From a phage, in the NCBI GenBank assembly GCA_018027755.1, contig GCA_018027755.1_4098.1: DNA of 64,000 bases, one strand, 5' to 3'. Each line of letters starts with the position of its first letter. Position 1 is the first letter of the stretch. Below the pieces are notes generated by a model. That model was not told the DNA's origin. It ran no database searches and saw nothing but the letters and a program-made list of their open reading frames with translations. Shown piece by piece: positions 47,595-56,758 of the stretch. Both the position numbers and the translations under genes were made by a program.

Positions 47595-48061
47595 ATATTT
47601 TAGGAAACATCGATACTGCAAATTATTTTATCCAGGACGCACTGTTCAATACAGTTCAACAAGGATTAGAAGTTCGTCATAACGTTTACCAAGGTGATGG
47701 TTATTTCGTTGATATTGTTGAGGCACGAAAGAATACGTTTAATGTTAACATTACAACACTGGGTAGACAGAACATTGCACGAATTTTAGTAAGTAAAGAT
47801 GAAATTGTATTGAGATACAGTGCTAAGTTTATGTTGACTTATAAGAAAAAAACTGATATGTTCAGTACTAATTTATTTGATGAGCCATTTGACCTTGAAG
47901 ATATTGAAGCTACTTTCTTTACTCAAAGTACTATGGTAAAATACACTGATGTTCAATTTTCATCAGACGTTATGTCTGAAACATTACAAATGATCAAGGT
48001 ATTATTTTATGCATTTGAGCAATTCAGAGAAGAAAGAAATAAGGTTAACAACCACAGATGA
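47588..48061 (+). CDS. Fam-B-like paralog (divergent)
   Basis: degenerate motif ATFFTQSTMV. Confidence 0.5.
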   Translation: MLDILGNIDTANYFIQDALFNTVQQGLEVRHNVYQGDGYFVDIVEARKNTFNVNITTLGRQNIARILVSKDEIVLRYSAKFMLTYKKKTDMFSTNLFDEPFDLEDIEATFFTQSTMVKYTDVQFSSDVMSETLQMIKVLFYAFEQFREERNKVNNHR

Positions 48062-48422
48062 ACTAATAGAGGCGATCACTAAGGATTCAAAATACCATAA
48101 AGGTATTCGTCTATACTTTATAGATACTGGTTCGATGGAAGGTACATACATTTATGGTTCACAATCGTTGTCTTATGATGCAATGCCAAATAAACATGTT
48201 AAAATCTTTTTAGGTTCAAGTAATAAAACTTTCTTGACAATTAATGATAACAGTGTTATTATGAATTCGTTGGGTCATGATAAGGTGGAAATTGATCTAA
48301 ACACGCTGGAGGATATTGATTTTTTTCAATACGAGTGTTTAGGTGTTGACTTACATGGCATTAGTAGCGATATGATAAAATCATTAATCAAATATTTCGA
48401 AGGTGTTCATAAATGTATCTAA
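48009..48422 (+). CDS. Fam-B paralog
   Basis: motif DIDFFQYECLGV; start uncertain, overlaps upstream gene. Confidence 0.5.
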   Translation: MHLSNSEKKEIRLTTTDELIEAITKDSKYHKGIRLYFIDTGSMEGTYIYGSQSLSYDAMPNKHVKIFLGSSNKTFLTINDNSVIMNSLGHDKVEIDLNTLEDIDFFQYECLGVDLHGISSDMIKSLIKYFEGVHKCI

Positions 48423-48910
48423 CTAAATCAATGAAAAATTCATTTGATAAAATCAAGAGTTGTCTTGATGGAGATAATATTACAAGTGTTACACAAACCG
48501 CTGACCAAATTCAAAGCAGTTCAAGTGATTGCACTGTTATTTTTGGTTTACATAGTCTGCGTTTATCAATAGTAAATAATATTGACAACACTGCTATTGT
48601 AATCACACCATGCAATATTCAAAATGAGAATGGTGTATATCTTCATCACATGGGAACAGTATTTCACATTTTCAATTCAAACGAAAACATTGTTAAGGAA
48701 TACAATACTCTTAATATTGATTCAGGTGAATTATTTCAAATGAGTACTTTGTACTCATGTAATTTTACAGATACTTCATGTATTTTGCCATTTTTCTTGG
48801 AAATTATTAAGAAAATGGAAAATTTAAAACGTGAATACAATAAAGAAATGGTTCCTGAAGCTATATTAAATATTACTAATGCTATAGAGAAGTATAATGC
48901 AGTGACTTAA
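48413..48910 (+). CDS. Fam-B paralog
   Basis: motif SGELFQMSTLYS. Confidence 0.6.
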   Translation: MYLTKSMKNSFDKIKSCLDGDNITSVTQTADQIQSSSSDCTVIFGLHSLRLSIVNNIDNTAIVITPCNIQNENGVYLHHMGTVFHIFNSNENIVKEYNTLNIDSGELFQMSTLYSCNFTDTSCILPFFLEIIKKMENLKREYNKEMVPEAILNITNAIEKYNAVT

Positions 48911-48952
48911 TAAAAACGCACATGGAGTGCATTAGAAGATCAAGGATAGATC

Positions 48953-49426
48953 ATGGAGATTAAAACTGTTGAAAATGGGAAAATTGATGACATTTTAGAG
49001 TTGGACGCATTCAAAGTTCATGATATAATGTTTAATGTGAAGGACATTATTCAATGTCTATTTTTGTGTAGCAAGACAATGCATGATTTTTTTCACAACC
49101 CAAATACTAACGTTTTTATACTAACAATCAGTACTGAAAACTCGTTTATCATGGGTATGCCTATGAGTACAAATGAACAATATATTGATTGTGTTATTCG
49201 TAATAACGATAGTATTACGCCACAATCTGAAGTACGTAAAAAGAAAAACACCTACACAATCAAAGATGATAAAATTATGATGTGCTGTAGTAAAGGGTTT
49301 ATATTAGATAATTTTATCGTAAAAGACAGTTATCACGACTTTAAAGTATCTGAAAATCAATCCAATGTAGTTCTTTATGCGAGTGACATAGAAAGTCTAA
49401 CAGTTAAAGATCCCAGTTTGGAGTAA
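48953..49426 (+). CDS. hypothetical protein (157 aa)
   Basis: track ORF; no family motif. Confidence 0.5.
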   Translation: MEIKTVENGKIDDILELDAFKVHDIMFNVKDIIQCLFLCSKTMHDFFHNPNTNVFILTISTENSFIMGMPMSTNEQYIDCVIRNNDSITPQSEVRKKKNTYTIKDDKIMMCCSKGFILDNFIVKDSYHDFKVSENQSNVVLYASDIESLTVKDPSLE

Positions 49427-49428
49427 GT

Positions 49429-49560
49429 ATGGCTAAGAAAGTAAACAATTTCGTACAGAAACACATGAATGAGTTTAACAAGCCTCAGACACATGTGGAT
49501 CGTAAAAAAGAAATGAAAAATGGTAAAGTAAAACACAAGTCGAGATTTATTCTCGACTAA
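49429..49560 (+). CDS. hypothetical small basic protein (43 aa)
   Basis: ATG 5 nt after GGAG; Lys-rich; below track cutoff. Confidence 0.35.
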   Translation: MAKKVNNFVQKHMNEFNKPQTHVDRKKEMKNGKVKHKSRFILD

Positions 49561-49589
49561 TTTTTTGTATAAATTTATGAGGATTGTAT

Positions 49590-50438
49590 ATGTTAGACAT
49601 TTCAGATTTTCTTAATTTTAAAAAGTATTCAGTACTTGAACATATCAACGAATTTCTGAATTCTACTACACCATTTGGTATCAGTACATCAAATGCATAC
49701 GATGGATATACAATCTTCCCATACAATGACTTTCAAATTTCCGTCAAAAAAGGTTTTACAAAAGAAGTTGCAATTCGTGATGTAGTAATGTATAGCGATT
49801 CTTCTATTTCTTACTGTCATGACGTGAACAAGTTTGAATCTCTTTCAACACCTAATTGTTCATACTACAAATCCCATGACACGATGATGTATAAAGAACA
49901 ACATATCAATGGTGTTTCGTTCTATAAAACTAGCAGTGATAAATCATATACATCTAGAGATGATTTTGGAAAATACACATGTACTATGCACACGGATAAT
50001 GAAAAAACAAATTACACTCATTCATTCGAGTCCAAATTCCAAGAGAGTGAAGTTTCAAATATCACTATACAAGAACAGGTTTCAGAAGGCATTGTATATC
50101 GTAGTACTGCATTCTTTCGCATGAAAGATATTGCCACAGGCAGACCAATGATGTACAATATTGACATATACATGAAAGGTGATATATCCGAAGTAGTGAT
50201 TAGTACTGGTTATCGTGAAAAATATACAGTTACAATGGAATCACCAGATGCATCATTAGTTCACCTCTTTAACAATTTATATACATTCCAATTCGAACTT
50301 AGTTTCGATCCAAATGAATATCAAATATTTGATATATTAAAAAGTAATATTATTAATAAGTTAGAATATTACTACAAGTTAGGTGGTAAGATGTGCATAG
50401 TTAATACTATGTTACATAACATAAAAGAAACATTATAA
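49590..50438 (+). CDS. hypothetical protein (282 aa), possible divergent Fam-B
   Basis: ATG after GAGGA SD (track TTG at 49584); C-terminal YTFQFELSFD. Confidence 0.55.
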   Translation: MLDISDFLNFKKYSVLEHINEFLNSTTPFGISTSNAYDGYTIFPYNDFQISVKKGFTKEVAIRDVVMYSDSSISYCHDVNKFESLSTPNCSYYKSHDTMMYKEQHINGVSFYKTSSDKSYTSRDDFGKYTCTMHTDNEKTNYTHSFESKFQESEVSNITIQEQVSEGIVYRSTAFFRMKDIATGRPMMYNIDIYMKGDISEVVISTGYREKYTVTMESPDASLVHLFNNLYTFQFELSFDPNEYQIFDILKSNIINKLEYYYKLGGKMCIVNTMLHNIKETL

Positions 50439-50454
50439 ATCTGGAGGATTTGGT

Positions 50455-50748
50455 ATGGATACTAAATTCAAAATTATTTTTAAAACTAAGCCGTATATTC
50501 CACATACAGCAGAACGTTTTATACCACATGGTGCTGAGGAAATTATTCACCAAGATGGTACTAAGTTATACCTTGTTCCTTGTTCTTATGAACGTGCAGT
50601 AGAAATGTTACTAATGAATGCTAGACTATGCAAAAACAAGTACATTAGTTACCTATACAATGAACATATTTTAGATTTCAATGATGAAAATATGTTCATT
50701 CTAGCAATTGAGGATTTTGATAACTGGTACAATATTATTAAAATCTAA
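50455..50748 (+). CDS. hypothetical protein (97 aa)
   Basis: track ORF; SD GGAGGA. Confidence 0.6.
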   Translation: MDTKFKIIFKTKPYIPHTAERFIPHGAEEIIHQDGTKLYLVPCSYERAVEMLLMNARLCKNKYISYLYNEHILDFNDENMFILAIEDFDNWYNIIKI

Positions 50749-50819
50749 TGAAAATAATGTGAACATATTAGATTCTTGTGATATAATGTTCACATCTTTT
50801 TTTGATAACGGAGATATAG

Positions 50820-51206
50820 ATGAATACAAGTTCAATCCTAAAAGCAATTGGTGGTGTTTTACTCATTGAAGTAAAAGGTGAGCCAAAGCTATGCTGTTTA
50901 GAAGATATGAAGAATACAAAACACTTCAGTACTGGTCAGATTTTCAATGCCATTCGTATTCTAAATGACAAATCCATTGCTGATTATGGAAAAGTTTGGC
51001 CTGTATATCAAAATGCTGATGGTGATATCAGTACTGATTGGAAAACAATTGAGGCGGTACGACAAAGTTGTGAGAGTGATTGGGACTTCATTGTTGAAGT
51101 TTGTGATCAACTACAAGAAGATGTTCCAGAAATTGTTGAACGAAAAGAAGTTCTAGCACGACTTGAAAAATTCCGTCACGGAACACTACAGTATGACACA
51201 ATCTAA
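50820..51206 (+). CDS. hypothetical protein (128 aa)
   Basis: track ORF; extended -10 promoter TGaTATAAT upstream. Confidence 0.6.
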   Translation: MNTSSILKAIGGVLLIEVKGEPKLCCLEDMKNTKHFSTGQIFNAIRILNDKSIADYGKVWPVYQNADGDISTDWKTIEAVRQSCESDWDFIVEVCDQLQEDVPEIVERKEVLARLEKFRHGTLQYDTI

Positions 51207-51255
51207 TCTGCTTATTAAAAATATCTAATTAACATTATATAAAAGGAATTTAAAA

Positions 51256-51561
51256 ATGGAAGACAATGGAATGAAATTTGATATGTTTGAAGGTGTACCA
51301 GAGTTCGATTTCAACAAACTTGAAGAAGGTGAGGAATCAGAACTAGTTAGTGTTACACTTAAAGCAGATTCTAAAAAGAAATATTCATCATCAGTACGTT
51401 CACGTTCACAAGAAGAATACGAAACATTTATTGAAAGTATTCATTATGAAACATTCCATCACGCAGATGGAACTCCATATGAAGTACGTGTAACAGTACT
51501 GAAGCCTGAAGTAAATCCAATGGAAAATCTACGTCCTGTTTACTGCTGGGCAAGTCACTAA
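51256..51561 (+). CDS. hypothetical acidic protein (101 aa)
   Basis: track ORF; SD AAAGGAA. Confidence 0.6.
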   Translation: MEDNGMKFDMFEGVPEFDFNKLEEGEESELVSVTLKADSKKKYSSSVRSRSQEEYETFIESIHYETFHHADGTPYEVRVTVLKPEVNPMENLRPVYCWASH

Positions 51562-51570
51562 TAAACCAAA

Positions 51571-51601
51571 GGACGGGATTTGTTATCTCGTCCTTTTTTT
51601 T
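51571..51601 (+). terminator. rho-independent terminator
   Basis: stem GGACGGGAT/ATCTCGTCC then 8-nt T-run. Confidence 0.8.
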
Positions 51602-51613
51602 GTCTGGAGATGT

Positions 51614-52468
51614 ATGAAACTTTATCTAATCGTTGACTACAATAAGGATTATGCTGGTAACTTCACCGAAGATTCGGATGGATATTGCACATCGACTAAT
51701 GTCAATGTACGTAGCAGTAGTGCTCATGAACATGAATCTTGTAAAAATCTAAAAGATTTTATCGCATACCGAGCATTTGAAAAGAACTTCTGCCGCAGTA
51801 GATATTCGAAGTTTGAGTACCCGTTAATTGATGTTCCTGATGATTTAATGTTCCAGTTAATGCTGACTGGAGTTCAAGATTATGATTACATAGCGTATAA
51901 TCATATTACTAAGAAAATTTATATTGGTACATCATCACATGACACTTCTATGTATGCATCATGCCCAGATGATCGAATGAATGATAGAAAATCATACTAT
52001 AGTGGGTCAGTTGGTTTAAATGATTCATTAAATAAAAATTCATTCTTTGAGTATGTTTATGATTACCATCATGAGAAAAAAGAACGTGAAGATTACTGTA
52101 TAGCAATTGATAGTACTAATGGTTATGAAGACGTGAAAGAAGCACTTATGCCGTACATTATTGAAAAGTACTACAAAGATTTTCAGTACTGTAGTAATTT
52201 TCTAATCAGAAATTCTATTATAATCGGTCGCCAATCTAGTGCATACTCTCAGTACTATAATGATTCACCAGTAGCATCGGCAAATGAAATGTGTGATATT
52301 TTACAAATTCCACGTGAAGATATGGCATTCATTTTTACATCTTTTATTGAAGATGATGAGTTGTATATTAAAAATAAACACCGTTTCATGCCAAGCAAGA
52401 TTGAGGTTATTCGAAGTTTTAGTGTTGATATACTAACAAATTTCACAGAAAAAACCGAATATAACTGA
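51614..52468 (+). CDS. hypothetical protein (284 aa), possible divergent Fam-B
   Basis: track ORF; N-terminal region DLMFQLMLTG. Confidence 0.55.
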   Translation: MKLYLIVDYNKDYAGNFTEDSDGYCTSTNVNVRSSSAHEHESCKNLKDFIAYRAFEKNFCRSRYSKFEYPLIDVPDDLMFQLMLTGVQDYDYIAYNHITKKIYIGTSSHDTSMYASCPDDRMNDRKSYYSGSVGLNDSLNKNSFFEYVYDYHHEKKEREDYCIAIDSTNGYEDVKEALMPYIIEKYYKDFQYCSNFLIRNSIIIGRQSSAYSQYYNDSPVASANEMCDILQIPREDMAFIFTSFIEDDELYIKNKHRFMPSKIEVIRSFSVDILTNFTEKTEYN

Positions 52469-52497
52469 GACAAATGATAAGTTAATGATATAATATA

Positions 52498-52530
52498 AGG
52501 TGACAACATAATATGTTAGTCACCTTTTTT
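52498..52530 (+). terminator. rho-independent terminator
   Basis: long stem AGGTGACAACATA/TATGTTAGTCACCT then T-run. Confidence 0.75.
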
Positions 52531-53070
52531 AATCCTGAAAGGTTCCCATAAGGAAATGATTAAAAGCCTAATCCACTCGAAAATGTAGAGGGTAGATGAG
52601 TAGTCCTTTCAGTACGAACAGCAGATGAAACCCGTTAGATGATGGCATAGTTTGAACCACTCACGGCAATGCGGCTGTATAAAGAACTCCAATAGGATAA
52701 AGAGAGTTCCTCGATAGACATATAAGGATCGCACCTTACCAATTATCTAAGGGAGATTTCATAAGAAATATGCGGTCGGAATTATACAATATAGTTGCGT
52801 CCAAATTTTGTGAAATCAAATACAAGTACTGGTCATATGGTATTTGTATTATGTGTCGGGATGTTTAAGACCGACGACCGTTGCTACAAGAACCGCGATA
52901 GAGAGAAACAGAGCAACCCGCTTTCGTCTCGTAAGAGAATTCGTGATATGAACTATGTGAAGGCCACCAGCGTCAAATTTTTTTGTTCTTTCCCCTGCGG
53001 GGGGATGAAATATGCTCAAGCAAACCCCGTCAATATTAATTAAAAGAAAATAGTACTTGTAGAATTAGAC

Positions 53071-53691
53071 ATGCGTAGCATGATAATTCTACTGATGTTG
53101 ATGCAATCAACGTCACGTATATTCATTGATGTTTCCATAGGAATAATGATGGCATTTATTAGAAAAGAAAAAACTGTTACTTATAAAACTTTGAATTTTG
53201 ATGATTGCATTAATCAATCACAAGACGAAGATATCTTTACTGGATATGTGGTTATTAAAGAAAAAGGATGCATTTCTTATATAAAGGAATTACAAAATGG
53301 AATTGAAGTGACTTCAGTTAAATTACTTCCTACTCAAAAACCAACAATATCAAAAGCCCAGTATGGTAATTATTTTGAAGAAAGATATAGTAATAATTCA
53401 ATAAGTGTTAAGGCTCATATTATTAAAGGAGAACTAGAAGGAGAATATAGAAAATACAACCCACAAGGAAAATGTGTTTGGGTTAAATACTTCAATTCAG
53501 GATATGATGTAACATCTGAAATTATAGAATTCTTGGGTTTAAAATGTACCCCTGAGACTATTCATGATTACAAGTTCAATACTGAAGAAGAGTTTAATCT
53601 GATGATGCGTTACGGTTCACATTTTAAATTTTTATATGAATATAACATTGACAGTAGTACTTTTGATAAGATAGTACACAACTGTCTCTAA
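53071..53691 (+). CDS. MORN/YwqK-like repeat protein (tentative)
   Basis: G-x-Y/W repeat units such as GEYRKYNPQGKCVWVKYFNSG; start uncertain. Confidence 0.4.
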   Translation: MRSMIILLMLMQSTSRIFIDVSIGIMMAFIRKEKTVTYKTLNFDDCINQSQDEDIFTGYVVIKEKGCISYIKELQNGIEVTSVKLLPTQKPTISKAQYGNYFEERYSNNSISVKAHIIKGELEGEYRKYNPQGKCVWVKYFNSGYDVTSEIIEFLGLKCTPETIHDYKFNTEEEFNLMMRYGSHFKFLYEYNIDSSTFDKIVHNCL

Positions 53692-53707
53692 CAAAAGGAA
53701 TTATATA

Positions 53708-54229
53708 ATGTCGAAGAAGGATGCTTCGAAAAAACATTCAGTACATTTCAGTACTGGAAAGGACAACTGGACAACTCCCAAAGATTTCTTTGAAGATTTG
53801 GATGAGTTATGGGGATTTACACTTGATGCTGCTTGTGTTGATGAGACTGCATTATGTGAGAATTATTTTACACCAAATGATGATTCTCTTTCACAGGATT
53901 GGGGAAAGAATATAGTTTGGTTGAACCCTCCATATAGTGATTTGAAAACATGGTTATCTAAAGCAGTAGATGCGTATAATAAAGGGGCAACTGTATTAAT
54001 TCTTGTACCATCAAGAACGGATACTATAGCCTTTCAGGATTATGCTGCGAAAGTTTGTGATTGTATTTGTTTTATTAAGGGAAGGTTACGATTTGGTATC
54101 CCAGAAGAACCAGAGAAGAAAACAGATTCAGCACCATTTCCTTCGTGTCTGATAGTACTGGATAAGTACTTAACCACTGCTAAAATCAATTATCTTAAAT
54201 CTCTTGGATTGGTGATGAAGAATTTATGA
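53708..54229 (+). CDS. dam: phage Dam-like DNA N6-adenine methyltransferase
   Basis: NWTTPKDFFEDLDELWGFTLDAACVD and LNPPYS motif; SD AAAGGAA. Confidence 0.85.
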   Translation: MSKKDASKKHSVHFSTGKDNWTTPKDFFEDLDELWGFTLDAACVDETALCENYFTPNDDSLSQDWGKNIVWLNPPYSDLKTWLSKAVDAYNKGATVLILVPSRTDTIAFQDYAAKVCDCICFIKGRLRFGIPEEPEKKTDSAPFPSCLIVLDKYLTTAKINYLKSLGLVMKNL

Positions 54230-55011
54230 CAAAATACATTGATATCAACACAGTTTCTATGATAGGAAAACCACCAAATGCTCTACACCCACGTGTTTAT
54301 GCTAGTAGAATAAATGATAAACTAAAAGCACCTAAGCTATCAAATATTAAATTTAATGGCTTTGTTGGTGAATGGAATGGACACGGAACTTATTGTGAAA
54401 TGGAATGTTCTGAACATGGGACATGGAAATGTACAATTGGTAATTTTACACATCAAACAGTCGGTTGTCCTGTATGTGTTGGCTGCAAAAAACATACCAA
54501 AGAATCAATAAGTGAAAATGTAAAATCAATTATCGCAAATGATTCAGAAAGAAATATGTATACATTTCATGGCATACATAAATTTTCTGGTAAAGATTCA
54601 ATACTATCATTGGAATGCCCAACACATGGTATATGGAACACTACCAGTTATAATAATTTCAAAGTTCATGGCTATGGTTGTCCAGAATGCTCAACCTATA
54701 ATTTAAAGCATGATGTTAAATCTGATGATGAGCTTTATTTTTATATCCTGAAAGCTGAAGACCATTTCAAATTAGGTGTTTCTAAAGATATCACTCGCAG
54801 AAAATATGATATTGAAAATACTTCCAAACAAAAGTATGAGTTATATCTTCATGAATATATTGGATATACTAATGAAATTGAAAAGTATATAAAAAGTATG
54901 GGTTATCATACATTCTTTACAAAAGAAGAATATGGTAGTGGATACACCGAAACTGTTGGGATTGATAAGCTGGATGAAGTTGTGAGAATTGTAAGAGAGT
55001 ACCTTAAATGA
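54226..55011 (+). CDS. Cys-repeat protein with GIY-YIG-like (T5orf172-type) C-terminal domain; possible endonuclease
   Basis: repeated CxxC zinc-ribbon-like units; C-terminal YFYILK...KLGVSKDITRR...GSGYTET. Confidence 0.4.
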   Translation: MTKYIDINTVSMIGKPPNALHPRVYASRINDKLKAPKLSNIKFNGFVGEWNGHGTYCEMECSEHGTWKCTIGNFTHQTVGCPVCVGCKKHTKESISENVKSIIANDSERNMYTFHGIHKFSGKDSILSLECPTHGIWNTTSYNNFKVHGYGCPECSTYNLKHDVKSDDELYFYILKAEDHFKLGVSKDITRRKYDIENTSKQKYELYLHEYIGYTNEIEKYIKSMGYHTFFTKEEYGSGYTETVGIDKLDEVVRIVREYLK

Positions 55012-55541
55012 AAGAAACATGTATACTATCATTCATGAGATGTAACCCAATACATAATGGACATGGGTTTGTATTCAACAGTGCATTGGAATTGAAAGAA
55101 CAGTACAATGCTGATTTAAAAATATATCTAAGCACCAGTACTGACAATATAAAAAACCCACTCCCACCTGAACTAAAAATGTATTATACAGAGGGATTCT
55201 ATCCTTCAGTGCAAGAGAACATCTACACAGAAGACAATCTATTTGATATAATGAGAGAACTGGATGGAAAGTACTTAGATGTTCTTTTCATTTGTGGTTC
55301 TGACCGTATTGATTCTTTTCAAAAAACTCTTGACATGTACAATGGTAAGTTGTATAATTTTTGTAGTATAAAAGCAATTCAGGCAGGTATTGACCGTAAT
55401 GTAAGTCAATATAGCTCAACACAAATGCGTAACTTCGCAAAAAATGAAGATTTTGATAGTTTTCGTGAGTTTTTACCTGGAAATGACGAGGACTTAAAAA
55501 TACAATTATTTGAAGACGTTATAAAATACATGAGGAAATAA
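55008..55541 (+). CDS. NMN-adenylyltransferase-like nucleotidyltransferase
   Basis: N-terminal FMRCNPIHNGH matches the nucleotidyltransferase H-x-G-H motif; C-terminal SSTQMR; ATGA overlap. Confidence 0.55.
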   Translation: MKETCILSFMRCNPIHNGHGFVFNSALELKEQYNADLKIYLSTSTDNIKNPLPPELKMYYTEGFYPSVQENIYTEDNLFDIMRELDGKYLDVLFICGSDRIDSFQKTLDMYNGKLYNFCSIKAIQAGIDRNVSQYSSTQMRNFAKNEDFDSFREFLPGNDEDLKIQLFEDVIKYMRK

Positions 55542-55543
55542 TT

Positions 55544-55837
55544 ATGTCAGTACTGTTCAAAACCAATCCAGTACTTTGGGATCAAAATGAGCAATCAGGA
55601 TTTCGTTCCATCCATGTTGAATACAAAGGTAATACTGTAGTTGCAATTATTGCTAACAAAACTCTAGGAAACTGGACTGCACAGGTTGTTCCTATGGGAT
55701 ATTCTTACACATCTGATGAGGTACAATTTCTGGCTGAACTATATCGCCAAGTGCCGTTTATCATTAATGTACTAGAAGGTAATGATACATTATCACATGC
55801 AGATGTGATTAATTTTCTTGGAAACTTGCATGTGTGA
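55544..55837 (+). CDS. hypothetical protein (97 aa)
   Basis: track ORF; 2 nt after upstream stop. Confidence 0.55.
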   Translation: MSVLFKTNPVLWDQNEQSGFRSIHVEYKGNTVVAIIANKTLGNWTAQVVPMGYSYTSDEVQFLAELYRQVPFIINVLEGNDTLSHADVINFLGNLHV

Positions 55838-56117
55838 TGAAATAAATCTTACAGGATATTTTTTACAAGAATCAATGATTAAATTTAGTGATAAATTTTC
55901 AGTACTGGATGGTATCGAAATGTGGCATGTCAAACCACTGTTCCACACTTTCAGTAAAGAGCACAAAATGTTATTGACTGAAGCCAGTAAATCAAATAAC
56001 ATATGTGAAATCAAAATTGGTGTAAATGTCTATAAAGGGATGGTTATCTTTTTTGACAATAACAGCAACTACTTTTATATTGTTAAGGAGCATTACGTTG
56101 ACAAATACAAATACTAA
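55830..56117 (+). CDS. hypothetical protein (95 aa)
   Basis: first ATG in frame (track TTG at 55818). Confidence 0.5.
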   Translation: MCDEINLTGYFLQESMIKFSDKFSVLDGIEMWHVKPLFHTFSKEHKMLLTEASKSNNICEIKIGVNVYKGMVIFFDNNSNYFYIVKEHYVDKYKY

Positions 56118-56712
56118 TACATATTTCCGTTATCTTCGCTTAGGTCTTTCCCTACGTCCGATCCGTGGAAAGTGCGATTCACTCGCTGACCTTGACTATG
56201 CATATGCATTACATCATGAAGGTGTACAGTATGTATTGGGTGATTATGGTGAATTTGAAGAAACAAATGACAGTACTGGAATTAATGCTGGTGTAGAAAA
56301 TCTTAACAACATTGCTAACAGTTCTCGCCATGACATTGTGTTACAGATTCAAAACTTTATTGAGCAGCACACAGGTAAACGTGTTTGGTGCTATGTCGGT
56401 ACTGATGCACAAATGTCAATTTCATTCGGTAACGATGAAGGATATGTTGCACAGCTTATTATGGATTTTGAATCTGAAGAGAAGTTTTTAGAATTCAAAG
56501 AAAAGATTATTCAGTCACTTGTTGATATGGGTATCCCCGAAGATAAAATGCCAGAAGTTCAAAACATTGATGAATTTGTTTTGATTCCATCTGATGAGAA
56601 ATATGATGCAATGTTTACTGCCCTTAATATTCCAGGAGTTATTGTGGAGTACTTTGATGATGGTGATGATAGTATCTATATCGATCTAGATGACGATGAC
56701 GACGATGAATAA
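56026..56712 (+). CDS. hypothetical protein with poly-Asp C-terminal tail
   Basis: track ORF; ends DLDDDDDDE; start uncertain (possible TTG at 56098 after AAGGAG). Confidence 0.5.
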   Translation: MSIKGWLSFLTITATTFILLRSITLTNTNTNTYFRYLRLGLSLRPIRGKCDSLADLDYAYALHHEGVQYVLGDYGEFEETNDSTGINAGVENLNNIANSSRHDIVLQIQNFIEQHTGKRVWCYVGTDAQMSISFGNDEGYVAQLIMDFESEEKFLEFKEKIIQSLVDMGIPEDKMPEVQNIDEFVLIPSDEKYDAMFTALNIPGVIVEYFDDGDDSIYIDLDDDDDDE

Positions 56713-56719
56713 TGTACAT

Positions 56720-56746
56720 AGCCCGACATAAGTTCGGGCTATTTTT
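56720..56746 (+). terminator. rho-independent terminator
   Basis: stem AGCCCGA/TCGGGCT then T-run. Confidence 0.75.
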
Positions 56747-56758
56747 GTAAGGGGATAT

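Noticed and set aside
20742-52468. Possibility that the EEYFQ-S motif marks an engineered construct with protease tags
   Set aside because: Dozens of divergent variants embedded in natural overlapping genes; the canonical ENLYFQG/S sequence is absent.
52795-53043. 82-aa + strand track ORF in the non-coding island
   Set aside because: Translation is not protein-like and there is no SD; treated as part of a non-coding region.
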